The notes under the pieces were generated by a model. That model was given only the letters and a program-made list of their open reading frames with translations. It did no database searches and had not been told where the DNA came from. A stretch of 64,000 nt of DNA from Catajapyx aquilonaris (lineage: Eukaryota), in the NCBI GenBank assembly GCA_000934665.2, contig JYFJ02001221.1, positions 1-64,000 on the forward strand. The letters are read 5' to 3'. A program made the translations under genes and the position numbers. Of this stretch, positions 36,676 through 50,200 are shown piece by piece (position 1 is the stretch's first letter; every line of letters begins with the position of its first letter).

Positions 36676-39600
36676 TTAATTGAACAAAAGCTCTTTGTAA
36701 TGAGTGAGGAGGTAGACATTTGAGACTCTGTAAGTTGTAGTAGTTCTGACCACTGTGGTTCTATCTGCTCGTTCAAAGTTGGCCTTCACAATCTCGTAGT
36801 AGCGACCATCACTGAAATAGACAATGCTGATTTTATCACTGTTCAGGATGTATTAACATGCATAGCATATTGTCCCCATTACACCTTGGTGGAAAATTGC
36901 TTCAAAATGTTGGCACAATATCACATATTCAAGCCAAAAATATTAAGCATTTTTCTTTCATTGCAATATTATTTGCAATTTATATTAGTGTTTACCATCT
37001 GAAGTGAAGGCACTACAATAATTACCTGAGGACAAGGCACTTGAGGGCAAGGCACTTTACTCGTAGGGCATCAACTGTCTTTTGGCTCTTGTCAGAAAAC
37101 CTCAGTGTCTCTGGATCCCATCGTAATTCAAGACGCTGCAGTTCAGGACAGTGTTCTGATATGCAGTCCATTAATTGGTCCACATGAATCTTTGTAGACA
37201 ACCTTTCTGCAGTCCCCATAACTAGGATTCTGAAAAGTTTTGGAAATATTTTAATCCACATATAATTTCAAGTGCTGCGTGCATGTGTAAATGTGATTCA
37301 CTGCTGTACAGGAATCACAAACTTCCAACCACATTGTAATATTCTGTACTTTATGTCATAATTTTAAACTTTTTATGTGCCACAAAATCTGACTGCAATG
37401 TTTTTTTTCATATAGCAGAGATAATCTTAGAACTTTTTTAGCATCCTGCACTGATAACTATGGAAATTATGTGAAATTGACATTTACGTACAATATATGC
37501 ACCAAATGTCAACTTAATAACTCCAATCATTCAGTAAAATAAAAAATGTTCCGGAAAATCAATGGAAAGCCCTACCCCTGTACAAGTGTAGTACAGGTAT
37601 GAGATCAGTTATCAAATAAAGTCAAAGCCGTCAAGGAAGTATTTAAACATCAACATGTGTAGTGCCCATCAAAATAAGCTGTATAGTTAGTAAACTGTCC
37701 TGCAGATGTTCATTTGGGAGTTCGGAGGCCTTAACTTAAATCCCATTTTGCTGATGTTCCTGTAACATATATCCTATCAATATATAGGCTACGTCTGACA
37801 CATGCCCTGATACATGCATGGTACTAAACCAAAAGCACAGTATTTAAGTAAAACAAACGGTAAAATTGTAGCTTTAAATGGATTTTTATGTCTTCAGAAA
37901 AGTAATTGACCTGTTTAAAATATATTATAATGAAGTTCATATCCACACACTGATAATAATTTTTGTTGTGGAAGTTGGTTGTGAAAAGTAAAGCATGGTA
38001 TCATTACTTGGTATTTTTGAGTACTGGAAGCACTGACTGCCAGAGGGAATCTGTGATGTGTGGCATTCCAGAAAGAGCTAATCCCCTAAGCTGGGCTCCA
38101 TAAGTCCATATGAAGCGATACAGGGCATCCTCAGACAAGTTGTCAGATGCATCCACATCTAGAGCAATCAGATTCTTTGGATTTCCTCTCTCCATGAAAG
38201 CCATCATCACCTACAATCAAAGAGGAAGAAAAATATTTTTGTTACAGTTGTGATGGTGTCCTGCGGAAGCAATAGTTTCTAAGATTTTTTTACCGAGTCA
38301 TTGAAACCATCAATTTGTCCTGCTGATAGGTAATGGAGTCCAGGCAGGCGAGTCAAAAGATCTGTCAAGCATTCAGTGCTCAAATCTGTGGCCGTAATGT
38401 CCAACTCCTGGAGCTGTGTTTTTTCCCAGTCTACTGCCGTTACATGCTCATTCTGTAAGTCTAAAAAATACAACATTGAATTGCAAGAATCATGGTTTAC
38501 AAAATAATGTACAACATGCATTCAGTGCCTTTCTCCCAACTGCATGGACATGGACATTATGTCATCATACAAGAGAAATCTACAAAGTCCCATTTTGATT
38601 ATTTTTGAGTTGTTCTAGGCCTACATGGAGGTTTGGTTTCAGGACTTCCCGTAGTGTCATAGATACCAAAATCTGCCGATCCCATAATCTCGAAACTGGT
38701 TTTTTGGGAGGATTTCTCTTGCATGCCATTGACATTGTGATATTGTGCCGAAATATTTGAAACCAACATTCATTGTGGCTGGGTCTCGTGCAAGTATTCC
38801 AACATAGATTAATGCACAGAAACGAGACTCACTAGTCTGCTGCATGAGCAGGCACTTGAGTTTCTTGCATCTGTGGAGAAGCACCTTCAGAGAAGACCCC
38901 ATAACCTTGGCACAGAAGTTGACAGCCAAGCACTCCAGTTGGATGCAGTTTGAACTGAAGGCCTCAATGTGGCTGTCATCCACAAAATTAATCCCATACA
39001 TGTTGACCACAGTAAGATTAGGGGTAGCTGATTTGAGCTTATGGATGTTGATGACTTCATAAATTTCTTCCTCTTCCTCCTCTACCTTGTCATATGTCCC
39101 TATCAAGTGCAGGATGGTCAGGCCATTGATGAAATTGTAAATCTTGCGCATGAAGCCCTCCATGAAGATAACTTCTGATAGGCAGATGCACATATATTTC
39201 AACTTGGTTGGGAACGCCTGCAAAAAAACTACAAATAGTATACCAGCACTCCATATTAAGTTTTGCTGAATTTTGTCCTGTGTCGTTGTGTGTAAAATTG
39301 AAGACTACTATTTTGGACACAAGATATTGACAAATTACTGAGAGCTCCTTTTGAGAGAGTCGCATTCAGCTGCACAGACCTGAGACCTAAGAAATTAATA
39401 CTTGAATAATAAGTTAACCACGACATTAATACAGTAGACATATTCAAACTAAAAATATTTTCAGGCCATGCTTCAGTTTTGGTAGAATGTTCAGCTTGTT
39501 ATGATCCAGGCATATCACAGGTCCATAGTTCCTTGAGCTAAAATGTAACACTTAGCTTTCACTTTTGCTTCAGATAGTGTCATACTCACATTCAGCTCAT

Positions 39601-40738
39601 TAAAGTCATGTAGTTGCATAGCTGTGGAGAAGTCCAGCAACATGCTCGTCAGATTTGGACACTTATTGGCCAGTTCATGAAGCACTGGATGTGTAATTAA
39701 CTCCATTGGTAGTTCAACATATCTCAAGGATGGTCCAAACCGAACGCTATTGAAAATAAGAGATTATTATCTTTGTGCATTTAAATGTCTTACTTGTTCA
39801 ATACCTTATTAGGGCCAGAAGCGACTCTAGACTAGAGACATGAAGGCCTGAGAACTCAGGGCGCAGTGATACTGAGCTCCATAGACGGGTATCATAAGCA
39901 ATTATTCGCCACTTTTTGCAGACACGTGCCAGTCTGCATATTATCCGATGGGGCAAGTAGGAGAAGATGTGAAGAACCACTTTGTCTGGTAGCTTGTCAA
40001 TAGTCTGCAATAAGAACAGCAAGAGAAGGGAATTAGGTGTTTTTTCACACCAACTCTGAATTTAACTGTTTTAATTAATATATTGCATGTAGGAGTTTGG
40101 TATTGTTATAGATGAGGCTCAGGCAACATTAACGTAATCAAGGTACAGTACTGGTATGTCAAAAATTGTAATGTGCTCCAATGTGATTTATTTAATAGGC
40201 TGTAAGGGGAGAGGATATGGGCTTGGGATAGAACTTGGGATCCATCCATGTGCGGGGGCGTACATTAAAGCAGTGCTATGGAGTATGACTGCACCTCCCC
40301 AGCATGATGTAATAAATGTAACATTAAATAAATTGACGATTAAAAATATTCGGCATTATTTAGCTTATGTTAGTGTTTTATATATGCTGAGGACAGAAAT
40401 TCTGTTAAGTAAACAGGCTCTTAGATAATATTTTGCACTGCCAAGTGGACTCTTCCATTTTAAAGAGAAACTCGCCTTAACCCTTTTTTGATAGAAGCAA
40501 CATTTCACCTCATAACAATAGTTTGTTACAGACTCACCGTTACAAACCGAGGCTTAACGACCCCATCTTCTAATCCACCGGGTTGTTGTGATGCATCAAA
40601 TGCTAGCTTATCCCATATCTATCCATTGCAACCCCCATTTCCCATATGCAGGAAGAACATATGTAATTAGTGCAATTGTACAATTTTCTTGCAATAAATA
40701 TGCAAAAAAAAATTACTGACGTCTGCTGGTATGTCCAT
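36676..40738 (-). CDS. F-box/leucine-rich repeat protein, 9 exons, about 516 aa
   Basis: Exons 40738-40721, 40618-40538, 40004-39805, 39746-39590, 39217-38833, 38460-38294, 38210-38008, 37229-37026, 36811-36676, in phase. F-box IDKLPDKVVLHIFSYL...RVCKKWRIIAYDTRLW followed by cysteine-containing LRRs. Confidence 0.9.
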
Positions 40739-42115
40739 TTTTCCTATCTCTTTTTGCTGAACTTGATAGTCACACTTCTGCTTCCTGGGTGAGACTGGTG
40801 CTAAGCCTACATTCTACAGAGGTGTCACAGAAATAGATTCTTAGGGCCTTTTTCCAACCAATAACCCTCTTCCTACAGCACACCCTCTTTTTTTTGCTTT
40901 CTCCCACTTGACCTACATCCGCAAACACAATGTCAGCCAAGATCAACATCTGTCAATGCCTGTGCATTGATGAGAGATAAGCAATTGAAATGGGCTGCAT
41001 CCTTTTTGAAGGGGCCTACATGAACGATGGGATCATTGCTTCAGAAGGGATTTCTGACAGCTTTCCTCATGCTCCTGGTACTGTCTCTTATTGGCTCTGG
41101 ACCAAAAGACAGCTTGCTCGAATTTATCCTGGCTGGCCAGACTCTGCTGGGAAGCTATAATTATGCTGCCAGTACATTTTATTACCCACAACTATTGGAA
41201 TTTACTAGCATTTGAGAGTAGAGAAAAATTTACGGTTGAATAACATGTCATTGTTCCAACTTGGCAGTACATATTTGCCTTGTGTGAGAAAAATAATGTG
41301 CATTATCATTAACTAAAGTTAAGTTACTGCCTATTGTGATGAATGTTATTCGCAAGCACTTTTGTCAGTATTATTTACCGTCTTGAATTGATGCTTGTGT
41401 CCATCTTTGTCCCTGATGGCTGATAAATCCACCACTTCAGAAGCTGCAGAAGCAACTGTGCCCCAGGTATCCATATTGCACCTTGATTAGGTGTCTAACC
41501 AATGTGAAACAGTTTTCCCTCCCACAATCTTCACCTGAATCAATTGAAACCCCCCAGCCTGATAGCCAGTTTGTGGTAGACTACTATGCTGCCTACCCTG
41601 TTTTAGCTTTTGCAACCCCTCTTTTCTTCGTCTATTGTTAGAAACATCCCCAGCAGCTCTATCTGGTCCAGATGAGTCAATTATCCCTTAGCTAGACAGA
41701 ATCAGGGAGGGGTTTCTTTTTGGTGCCAAACATTCTCTAGGGGACTTCCCCAGAGCTGGCCGTGAATCCATTGGCAGAACTCCAGGAGAAAGTGCTTTGA
41801 TTTACATTTCTCATCGGTGCTTGGTTCCACTACAATGTGTTCTTTCACTTATGAATGAAAAGCGATTTTTAAAATTCGTTCTGTCACGTTCCTCGAAAAA
41901 AAAAATTGGCAAGATCAGTCTACGAGATTCACTCACATTGTGTACTCCTCTCCATAAGCATTGTTTGATGCATTGAAAAAATGGCATATATCGCTTGGAA
42001 ACCAAGTTGGAAACGGATCTTATACCTTTTGGAAATGAATGTCCTCAAAATTTTCGACGATGGGCTGTTATTTCAATTCTGAACCACTATCGATGAAATT
42101 GTCGACTAGGAATCT

Positions 42116-42211
42116 TGTACTATGGGCGCCAAAAGAATTGACCGGAGTTGATGGGTATATAGCGCCATATACCCATCAAATCCGGTCAATTCTTTTGGCG
42201 CCCATAGTACA
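42116..42211. repeat. Near-perfect 96 bp palindrome (45 bp arms, 1 mismatch, 6 nt loop)
   Basis: TGTACTATGGGCGCCAAAAGAATTGACCGGAGTTGATGGGTATAT-AGCGCC-ATATACCCATCAAATCCGGTCAATTCTTTTGGCGCCCATAGTACA. Confidence 0.95.
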
Positions 42212-44268
42212 GTGTGCAGCATGACACATGCATGACGGTTGACGGGTAATGTAAATTATGGTAAAGCACTGACCACAGCGGCTCTGCTGACTCTCCTGCT
42301 GCTGCGGTTGTCCGGGTCACCTCCGAGGGACAACCTGGCCACCTGTGCCCACTGGGCATCCTGTGCCAGCTGACCCCATGCCGTTGACAGTCGTCTGGCC
42401 ATAGCTGATGATCTCCGGCGGCATCAACCGAGATCGAAAGAGTAAGGTCACTGCCACCACTTACACCTTCTGGCTGGCTGGCTGGAGATACTTGCTTGAT
42501 TGAAAGCAAACAAGTTTCTTGTCACAGGCGTGAGAGAGCCAGAGTAAACAATGGGGAATTGCGTGCCAAATGGAAGCAGTCATCCCAGCCAAGAAGCCAT
42601 CCTCTGTCTGCTTCCCAGTACCTGCACTCCGAGTTTCACTCAAGCGTTTCCTACCGTATCTCCCACACCCACAACTGACTTCCATACGTCGCGTCGGTTA
42701 TTTCGGGACCGGAATCCTCATAATGTTTATTTTCCCCCATGCATATGCTCCACTCCTCTTGATGGTGGAGAAGCTCATAATTCAATTCTGTCCAGCCTGC
42801 TACCGTAGGGTGTGGTTCCGTGATTTGTGAGGCTGCAGATGAACTGAAAGATTTACGTGTCACCTCATATGTCATAACTTGGTGGTGGTTGGGTTTTATG
42901 GCGGTTTCTTCATCTGGGGGTGTAGATTTGCTTGCCCCGAGGCGGACCTTTCTCAGTCTCCGTCCTAGATATTTTCCGGGCGGAACTAATTCACCGCGGA
43001 AGGTAGTAATTGGGAGGGATATAACGATCAGTTGCGTCAGTAGTGCAATCACACGATTCACAGTTCGCACCTTTCGTTACAATTTGTCAATCTGCAATCA
43101 GCTTAATTGCTCTCGTATTACGTACTGGATGCTCAGCTACACCGGCGATAACTTCCGATGAACTGTGCCACATATTCATTATGACTCGAGGTTTTTTTTC
43201 TGACATGGAGGATTCACCTGAGTGAACTTGTGTAGTGCAACGGGGAAAATAATTTCAGAAGGATTTTTTTGCCTGGCTATGCGTGAGTTTAGGGGACAGC
43301 AATTAGTTGAAAGCCAAGGCAAATAGTGGCGCATTCATCTATAATTATCCTTTTATCTCCCAAACCTAAGTCACGAATAAGGGTTGTTTTACATGCCTCT
43401 TTCTTATTGCATGCTGCCAAGACGTGATAAATGCATCATAATTATCATAATGTTCGAGGCAATGGTACATCAATCGCTATCTGTTAATTTTACGAACCGC
43501 AATTTCATTACCCCCATGCTCTGAAATTAGCATAATATGGTGCGTAAACAGTGAAATAAGACGACCCTTTCCAGCCAAGGTTTTAGTTTTTACTCGACTG
43601 AATCGTCTGAATGGGCAACAAAAGTACGTGCTCTCTCTGAAGCGCAATCCCTTTCCGAGAATTTATGCGTGGTACGTTCCGGCAAAGCTTCCCTTGCATT
43701 GCATTGGCGTGATATCGCAGTAAATAATGCTTAATAGAATAACTCCGGTTCTAGGTTGTTTAAAATGCGAAACATGCAACGTGCAACCCATCCGTCAGAT
43801 TGAAATGATTACAAACCGCCTTCAGGGTGCACCTCTCAGGTGAATGCCCTGCAGCTTCAGTCTGAAACAGTTTCGAAGTCGTCCGTGTTTTCTGTACCGG
43901 TACGTTATAAAGCAATCTCTCAAATGTCCTGTTGCGTACTGTGTACACAAGTGCAGACGAGTGCGATTGTTATTAAAGTAATCGGTTCATCAATGGCGCC
44001 CAATCCGATCAAAAGTGTAAGTACGGCACAGAGATGTCGCCACCAGCCCTGATTCACTAGCTCCACCTGTCATCATCCCACCGAACCAGATCTTGTCCCA
44101 CGTATTTTTTTCCCCCCGTTCTAATCCTCTTTCCAAGTGGAAGGAACATCACTTGGGCTATGGATGCGCTCTGTTCGGGCACAGTCTCGACCAGTGCTCC
44201 GACAGCCCTCGACGCCCCTCCCAGATGATGACTGAGAGAGTGCACGGTGCGGGCGGTGCATAGACCCC

Positions 44269-47200
44269 ATGGCGGACACCACCAGCAACGGGACGGGAGA
44301 CGGAGGAGGAGGAGGAGGAGGCACGTCTCCTTCGTGGGGATCGTGCCACTCTTCGTCCGACGTGTCCCACTGCGGAAGCGGGATGACCCCGGTCACTTCC
44401 GACTTCGGGTCCATCCCTGCCGCGATGGGGATGCTGATCAGGGAGGCGGTCACCGCATCCCAGTACCAGCCGTGGGTCTTCTCCATCCTGGCCTCGATTC
44501 TCATCGGACTCGCCGGAATCTTGCCACTGCTCGTCATACCCATCGAGGCGGGAAACTCGCTCAAGACCGGAGGTAAATTGCGCATTCTATCACACTTTAT
44601 TGTCACACCCACACTGTCAACAATGCGGATGTAAACAGTGTGCACCTGAATTGTCTGAAGGAGGTGACCCGCATCCTAAAATTAGAGGGTGTCGCATCAC
44701 TCACGTGTAATAATTGCTAATGATGTGACTCATCATACGACATGCACCTGCCAGTATGTTTACCCACAGCAGGATGTGGAACGTGTAGAAATTAGGTGAG
44801 AAGGATTTGCAGCAGGTTGTACAGAACAGTTTGTGTGATGTTCAGAGTCATCAGTGGGCACATATTAGACACCTGTGCTAGCACCTTACAAGGGCATGAT
44901 ACAGGGAAGAGATGCCCAATTGGGGAGAAAAACAGATCCAATCAGAACCACAGACCATGAATTTTCCATGTATTCTGATTGAATATAGAGTTTTCCTTAT
45001 TGACATCGTTTTCGTGTACACAATGCTGCGGACTAATGGAGATGATTAATTCAGATCAACAGTAGGGCATAATGCATGATTCCAGAGTTGGACACATGCC
45101 AGAGTTGGTGCAATTCATTTGTATCGCATTCAGCAATTATGGGCATAACCTGAATATACGAGGGATGTTCTGAGAAAGCTTCTGTCACTGTTAAGTAGAC
45201 TGCAGGAAGGATTGAAAGTAGATGAGCCCATTAATGTGACGTTCGAATTAATTGCGTAGAAAGTAGGGCCTGCAGTCCTCAATCCGGCTCAATGGATGAG
45301 TCTAAGGCTCGGATATTGGGCCAATGTGCATGCAGCATTGGAGGCAGGGACCTAAGACTATTAAATGAGGAAGAGAAGAGAGTTCTCTTCGTTCCGGAAG
45401 CTGATCTGTTGTGCGGTGGCGGCGAAGGCCGTGGTAGGCAGAGTGGGGGTTGGGCTATTTTTAACGCTCGTTCTGCAACAATCGCGCCATCTCTTCCCAC
45501 CAACTAGACGATTAACGTGAATGCAAAAGCATTTATTATCTGTCACTTCATAAGCACTCAATTTACAGTAACTACACTACAAATCGGATTAAACTGTACC
45601 GAGTTGAAGAGAAAGAAAGGGAGAAATGTTACAGATTGTTTACTCGAGCAAGCAGACAGGTGAATGTGATTTCTCTTGATTTTATTTTATTTCATCCATA
45701 ACTTTTTCCCTGTCACCTTCTACATACCGTACGACTGTAGATTGTGCAGTGTATCAGTTTGAAAGTACCGAATATTGACAGCACTATATCTGCAATGTGC
45801 ATTTTAAAGCTTGAGTCTGTATACATAACAGAACCTCGACCTAAAAATTTCCTAGTAGGTATAACAAATACCCTGCCGGAGACTTATTGAAAGAGTCATC
45901 ACTGTTTAACGTGCAAAGGTCATCGTTGTCACGGAATGGATTGGGGTCAGAAGTGGTCTTCTAACCTGGTAACGCGTATAATACGAATTTTTTCCTCCCT
46001 AGTAGACAATGGGGACGGAATGTACTGTTTTGTGCGACGTGTCTGAAATGGTGTTCAATTCTCCAAAAAAAAAGAGCTGTCAAAATGTAGGTCTGGACAC
46101 CGGCTGTCTGCACAATTACACAGGCAGGTCGGTGTATCTGATGGTGTTCTGGTGGAAACATTTCCCGGAAACCCGCACAAAAAGTGAAATTGTCGCCCGG
46201 AGGCCTGATTATTATAATTGAAATGTCATTTGTACATTCCACACAAGGCGGTCATTATGTGGCTCAGCCTCCAGTGTCAACCACATCCAAAACGCAGGAA
46301 AAGGTCACCTAATTTTTGCGGTCTTGGTTGGCGAAACATCATTTAGAGTCATGCTTTACGGACATCAGCTTTCGGCTTGTTTCCTGCTCTGCCCAAAGGT
46401 CATCTCCTTGTACCTTGACCTGCCCCGTTATATAGTCGTCAACTAGCAAACACAGGCCATTCTGTTTATTGTGTGCGGTGCAAATTCAGCAACAAAAGAC
46501 ATTGAACCATTCAGCTGACTCCAGCTCCAAGTATAGCCTTATCAGAAAGAACCTGTAGCGTTCGAACATGTGGAGTTAAGATAACACCAAGATTCAATGG
46601 TCCACGTTCCACCAGATTAAAGTCAACTCATGGTGGCAATGCAATAATATGACACGCACTCAGGGAAAGACATGCTCATTTCATATCTGGAGATAATAGG
46701 TTGGGTACATGGTCTATCTCATACTTGAACAACCAGATAAACAAGTTTAGATGCATCCCAGTACCTCACAAATGACCTTAGATTTTCTGCTGTACTCATC
46801 AGTATGTTGTATTCTCAGTACCTCGAAATTATTTTCCTGGTTGAAATAGCGCCCAGTGTTTTTAGTCGACGGAAAAACAATTTAAAATCCACCAGGAAAC
46901 TATACCCAAAAGAATGTAGAAAATGTAGGTTTGACCCCTGTGCAACTGGCTAGGTCAGTGTCACCTGAACTAGAACCATGGTCGTCATCCAATTCAGGTT
47001 CTTCCTACGCAGATATTTTTCGAATGACGTGGGATGAAATTTGTGGGAATGACATTTCGATGAGGCTTCTTCAAAGGATCGTCGTAAACCTCTTATCGGT
47101 GTGAGCCACAAGCGTCGTGGGCGCCGACTGACGTCACTGGACGTCATTTTGGTAGGCGATGAACGGGTATGTCAGTCAGGTGTGAAATTCAATAAGCGCG

Positions 47201-50200
47201 GATTCACGTTCATTGAGAATTTGGTTTAGTTCGCTCCAACGACTCGGTTGGATGTGAATTAATGCAGGTCAGAGACCGAATATTATGCAACATGGAAAAG
47301 AAGAAAAAAATTAAAAGCAGAATGACAATCGAGCACACCTTTTTCCTAGGTGCGTGACCTTGGCTAAGGTATGCCCTAACATGAGTTTTTTGCTCGCACA
47401 CCGTAGTTTTTCCCCCCTCTAACGGCCAGTCTTGGGGAGGTGAATGACTTTGAAAAAGGCTTGGAAACAGCAGTTTTCGTCTTCAGAATTTGGACTTTGA
47501 TTCTGAATTATCGCGGTCACCAATATTGTATTTGTTCATACGTGTTGACAACCTGATTGCGACGCGACGATACCCGGCACGGAAACAAGGGATGGTTTTT
47601 ATTTTTTTTATTTTTTTCGGACACGATATTGTGCAAGAATCGTGACCAGGCAGCTTTCGCTTGTGTTAGCAAATGTAAAGAAGGTCATCCTTGGGCCACA
47701 TTTGGAAAGGGTTCCTCTCATCCTTGTGCATCTCAGGAGTTACTCATACTATACGTCAAATTTTGATGATTAAATTTTGTAGGATCAGATCCGCAGACTA
47801 TAGCCTCTTGAGTTAGGTTGGTGAGCTAAGTAGGATATCAGTGAATCACGTGACAAGTGCTCCTCTTGGGGTCGGTATAACGGGAAGACCTCATCATGCA
47901 GGATACTAGGGCTCAAATTATAACGGTGCAGTGTATTCGCCAAGCCAGCCACGTGTGTGCTTTTGTATAGTTCTCACACAAGGAGATTCCGAGTCCCTTA
48001 CGTGGTTACGGTATTGATATGCGATACTACATGTCATGCCTGGAAATACAGGTGGCCATGAAGGATTTGTTGTACTTCACGATGAAGACCACATATGATG
48101 CGTTATTTAGAGGGTTATGTAATAAATGGATGTGAGAGTGTGGAATGGGAGAAGAATGGTTTTCCCAGATGATAGGGATCGGAGCTTTGGGCATGTGAGA
48201 ATCTGCCAACAGGGTGTTACGTGCACGTAATTTCCTGCGGTTTGGAAATGATCAGGATTGGTTCCGGGTACGACCGGTGTTCGGTTATGGACTATTACCA
48301 TTGGGGCAAAACAGGTGGTAAAGTAATGCCTGGAGAAAAGTCTATACTGCCACCTTTGGCACGAAGTTGGAGGATACAACAGCATTACTGTTTATAATAA
48401 ACTTTGGGTATACCGTGTGGAACCAGTACGAAATTTTTGTCTGATCTCGACGGGAGATTTTCTTAGTTTCGGTTATGGCGTTGTGTACTGGGTACCTGTG
48501 GATTTGTTGAGGAACGGAGTCATCCGTTATAGATAATTGTCATTGTATGATATCTAGGTTGAATAGATGTGTCTTTTCGGGCGTGGAGTTAAGAATCTCG
48601 GAGCTTAGGGCATGAGGATCAGCCAACCTGGCCCATTGGTATCTGATGTCAAGCGTTGAATCCAGGCCAGACATCCCTGCTGGCAGCTGCTGGTCAGCAA
48701 GGAGGCTTACATTCCACCAAATATTTTGAAACCTGTTTACACTGTAGTCCATTTCGCGAAACTCTCCATACTGAACAGATGTCTTCTACATACAACGGAA
48801 ATGTGATCCTCGATTACATGAAGCGAAAAATTCGAAATTGACAAGTTTCTGCCCATGTTTATGATAGCTACGTAATAAAAAGCCAATAAGTTTTCTCTTG
48901 TAAGACCATCCGAAAATTGTCTCTTGGAAATCGCAGTTGTTAACCACTTTTTCACGCCAATGGGTACGGAGCTGACATGCCTAAAATTAACTCTGGTGCT
49001 CGTAGTTGTCTGCTTGATATCTGTGGTCGACCGCCGCCTTTCAAGTTGCATTCACTGCCAAGGAAAACTGGTTCTTATAATCCCCCGAAGAATTCCCAGG
49101 ACAAGCGACCAGGATAAGAAGACCGGTTTTTCTAGGCAGTCAGGTTCAGGTAGCAGCCGGCAAGATGGCCACGAAGGCTCCTACAGCATGGATCCAGAAA
49201 ATACGAATCCGAGTGAACTGAAGCGAAAATAGCATCCGGGCAGAAGGAGGCATGTATTTCCCAGCCTGTGTCACGAAGCACTGCCAGGAATCTCCCGGTC
49301 AAGGGGACGTGGCCGAGGTAGCAGCAAAAGACAGCAACCAGCATACCCAGGGGAAGGCGATGGCTGAGAAGAGCCTGTTGGTGAGCTACCTGCTGTGGAT
49401 CCTCGGTGGTATATGGGGGCTGCATCACCTGTACCTGGGACGGGAAGATCAGGCTGCGATCTGGTGCTGCACTGGAGGAGGATGGCTGCTGGGATGGATC
49501 AGAGATGCATTTAGGATGCCGGCCTATGTGAGGGAGGCTAATGGCACTCCGGAGTGGGTTCGGACCACTGTGCTGTTGCGGAAGATGAGTCCTCGCAGAC
49601 CGGTGTGGTATTGGACTCGGGTGGTGGGGCAGGTTGCACTTGGGTCTACCTGGGGTTTTGCCCTGGCCAATGCATACCCGCAAGACCCAAAGGATGTCTG
49701 GGTGCAGAAGTCATGGTTGATGGACAGATGCTCGTATGCTTTAGGAGCTGCCGTAGGTGTTGTGGTGGTGGGAAATGTGGGTCGGAGGCAGGAAGGTGAC
49801 TTGTGGCCGTGGACGTTGCTGGCTGCTGTTGCTGTGGGCTTGCTGGCACCTGAGGCGTCATCAGTGTCTATGTACACAGCAGTGGCAGCGACATTTGCAT
49901 ACAATGCCAAGGCCAAGCGGTGGAAGGATCTGAACAAAAAGCTGGTAATTTTGGACATTGATCTATATTAACTTCCCAGCACATAAATATTATATTGAAA
50001 ATATGTGGAGATATTAATACTTTCCTGAAACATGCTTTTCATTAATGAAATTGTGAGTAATAATATTGTTACAAGCAAACAAATAATTGTTAAATAAATT
50101 GTGAGGTGGTTATTGCCACATAGTTTTTGCAATCAAACATGCATTGGCTTTGATAATGATGTCTACTGTATTGCCAAGATTGACATGGATTAGTGACTTG

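Noticed and set aside
42186..43225. Several overlapping 60-140 aa ORFs
   Set aside because: No recognisable domain or consistent exon chain; likely UTR or regulatory sequence between the F-box gene and ZIP13.
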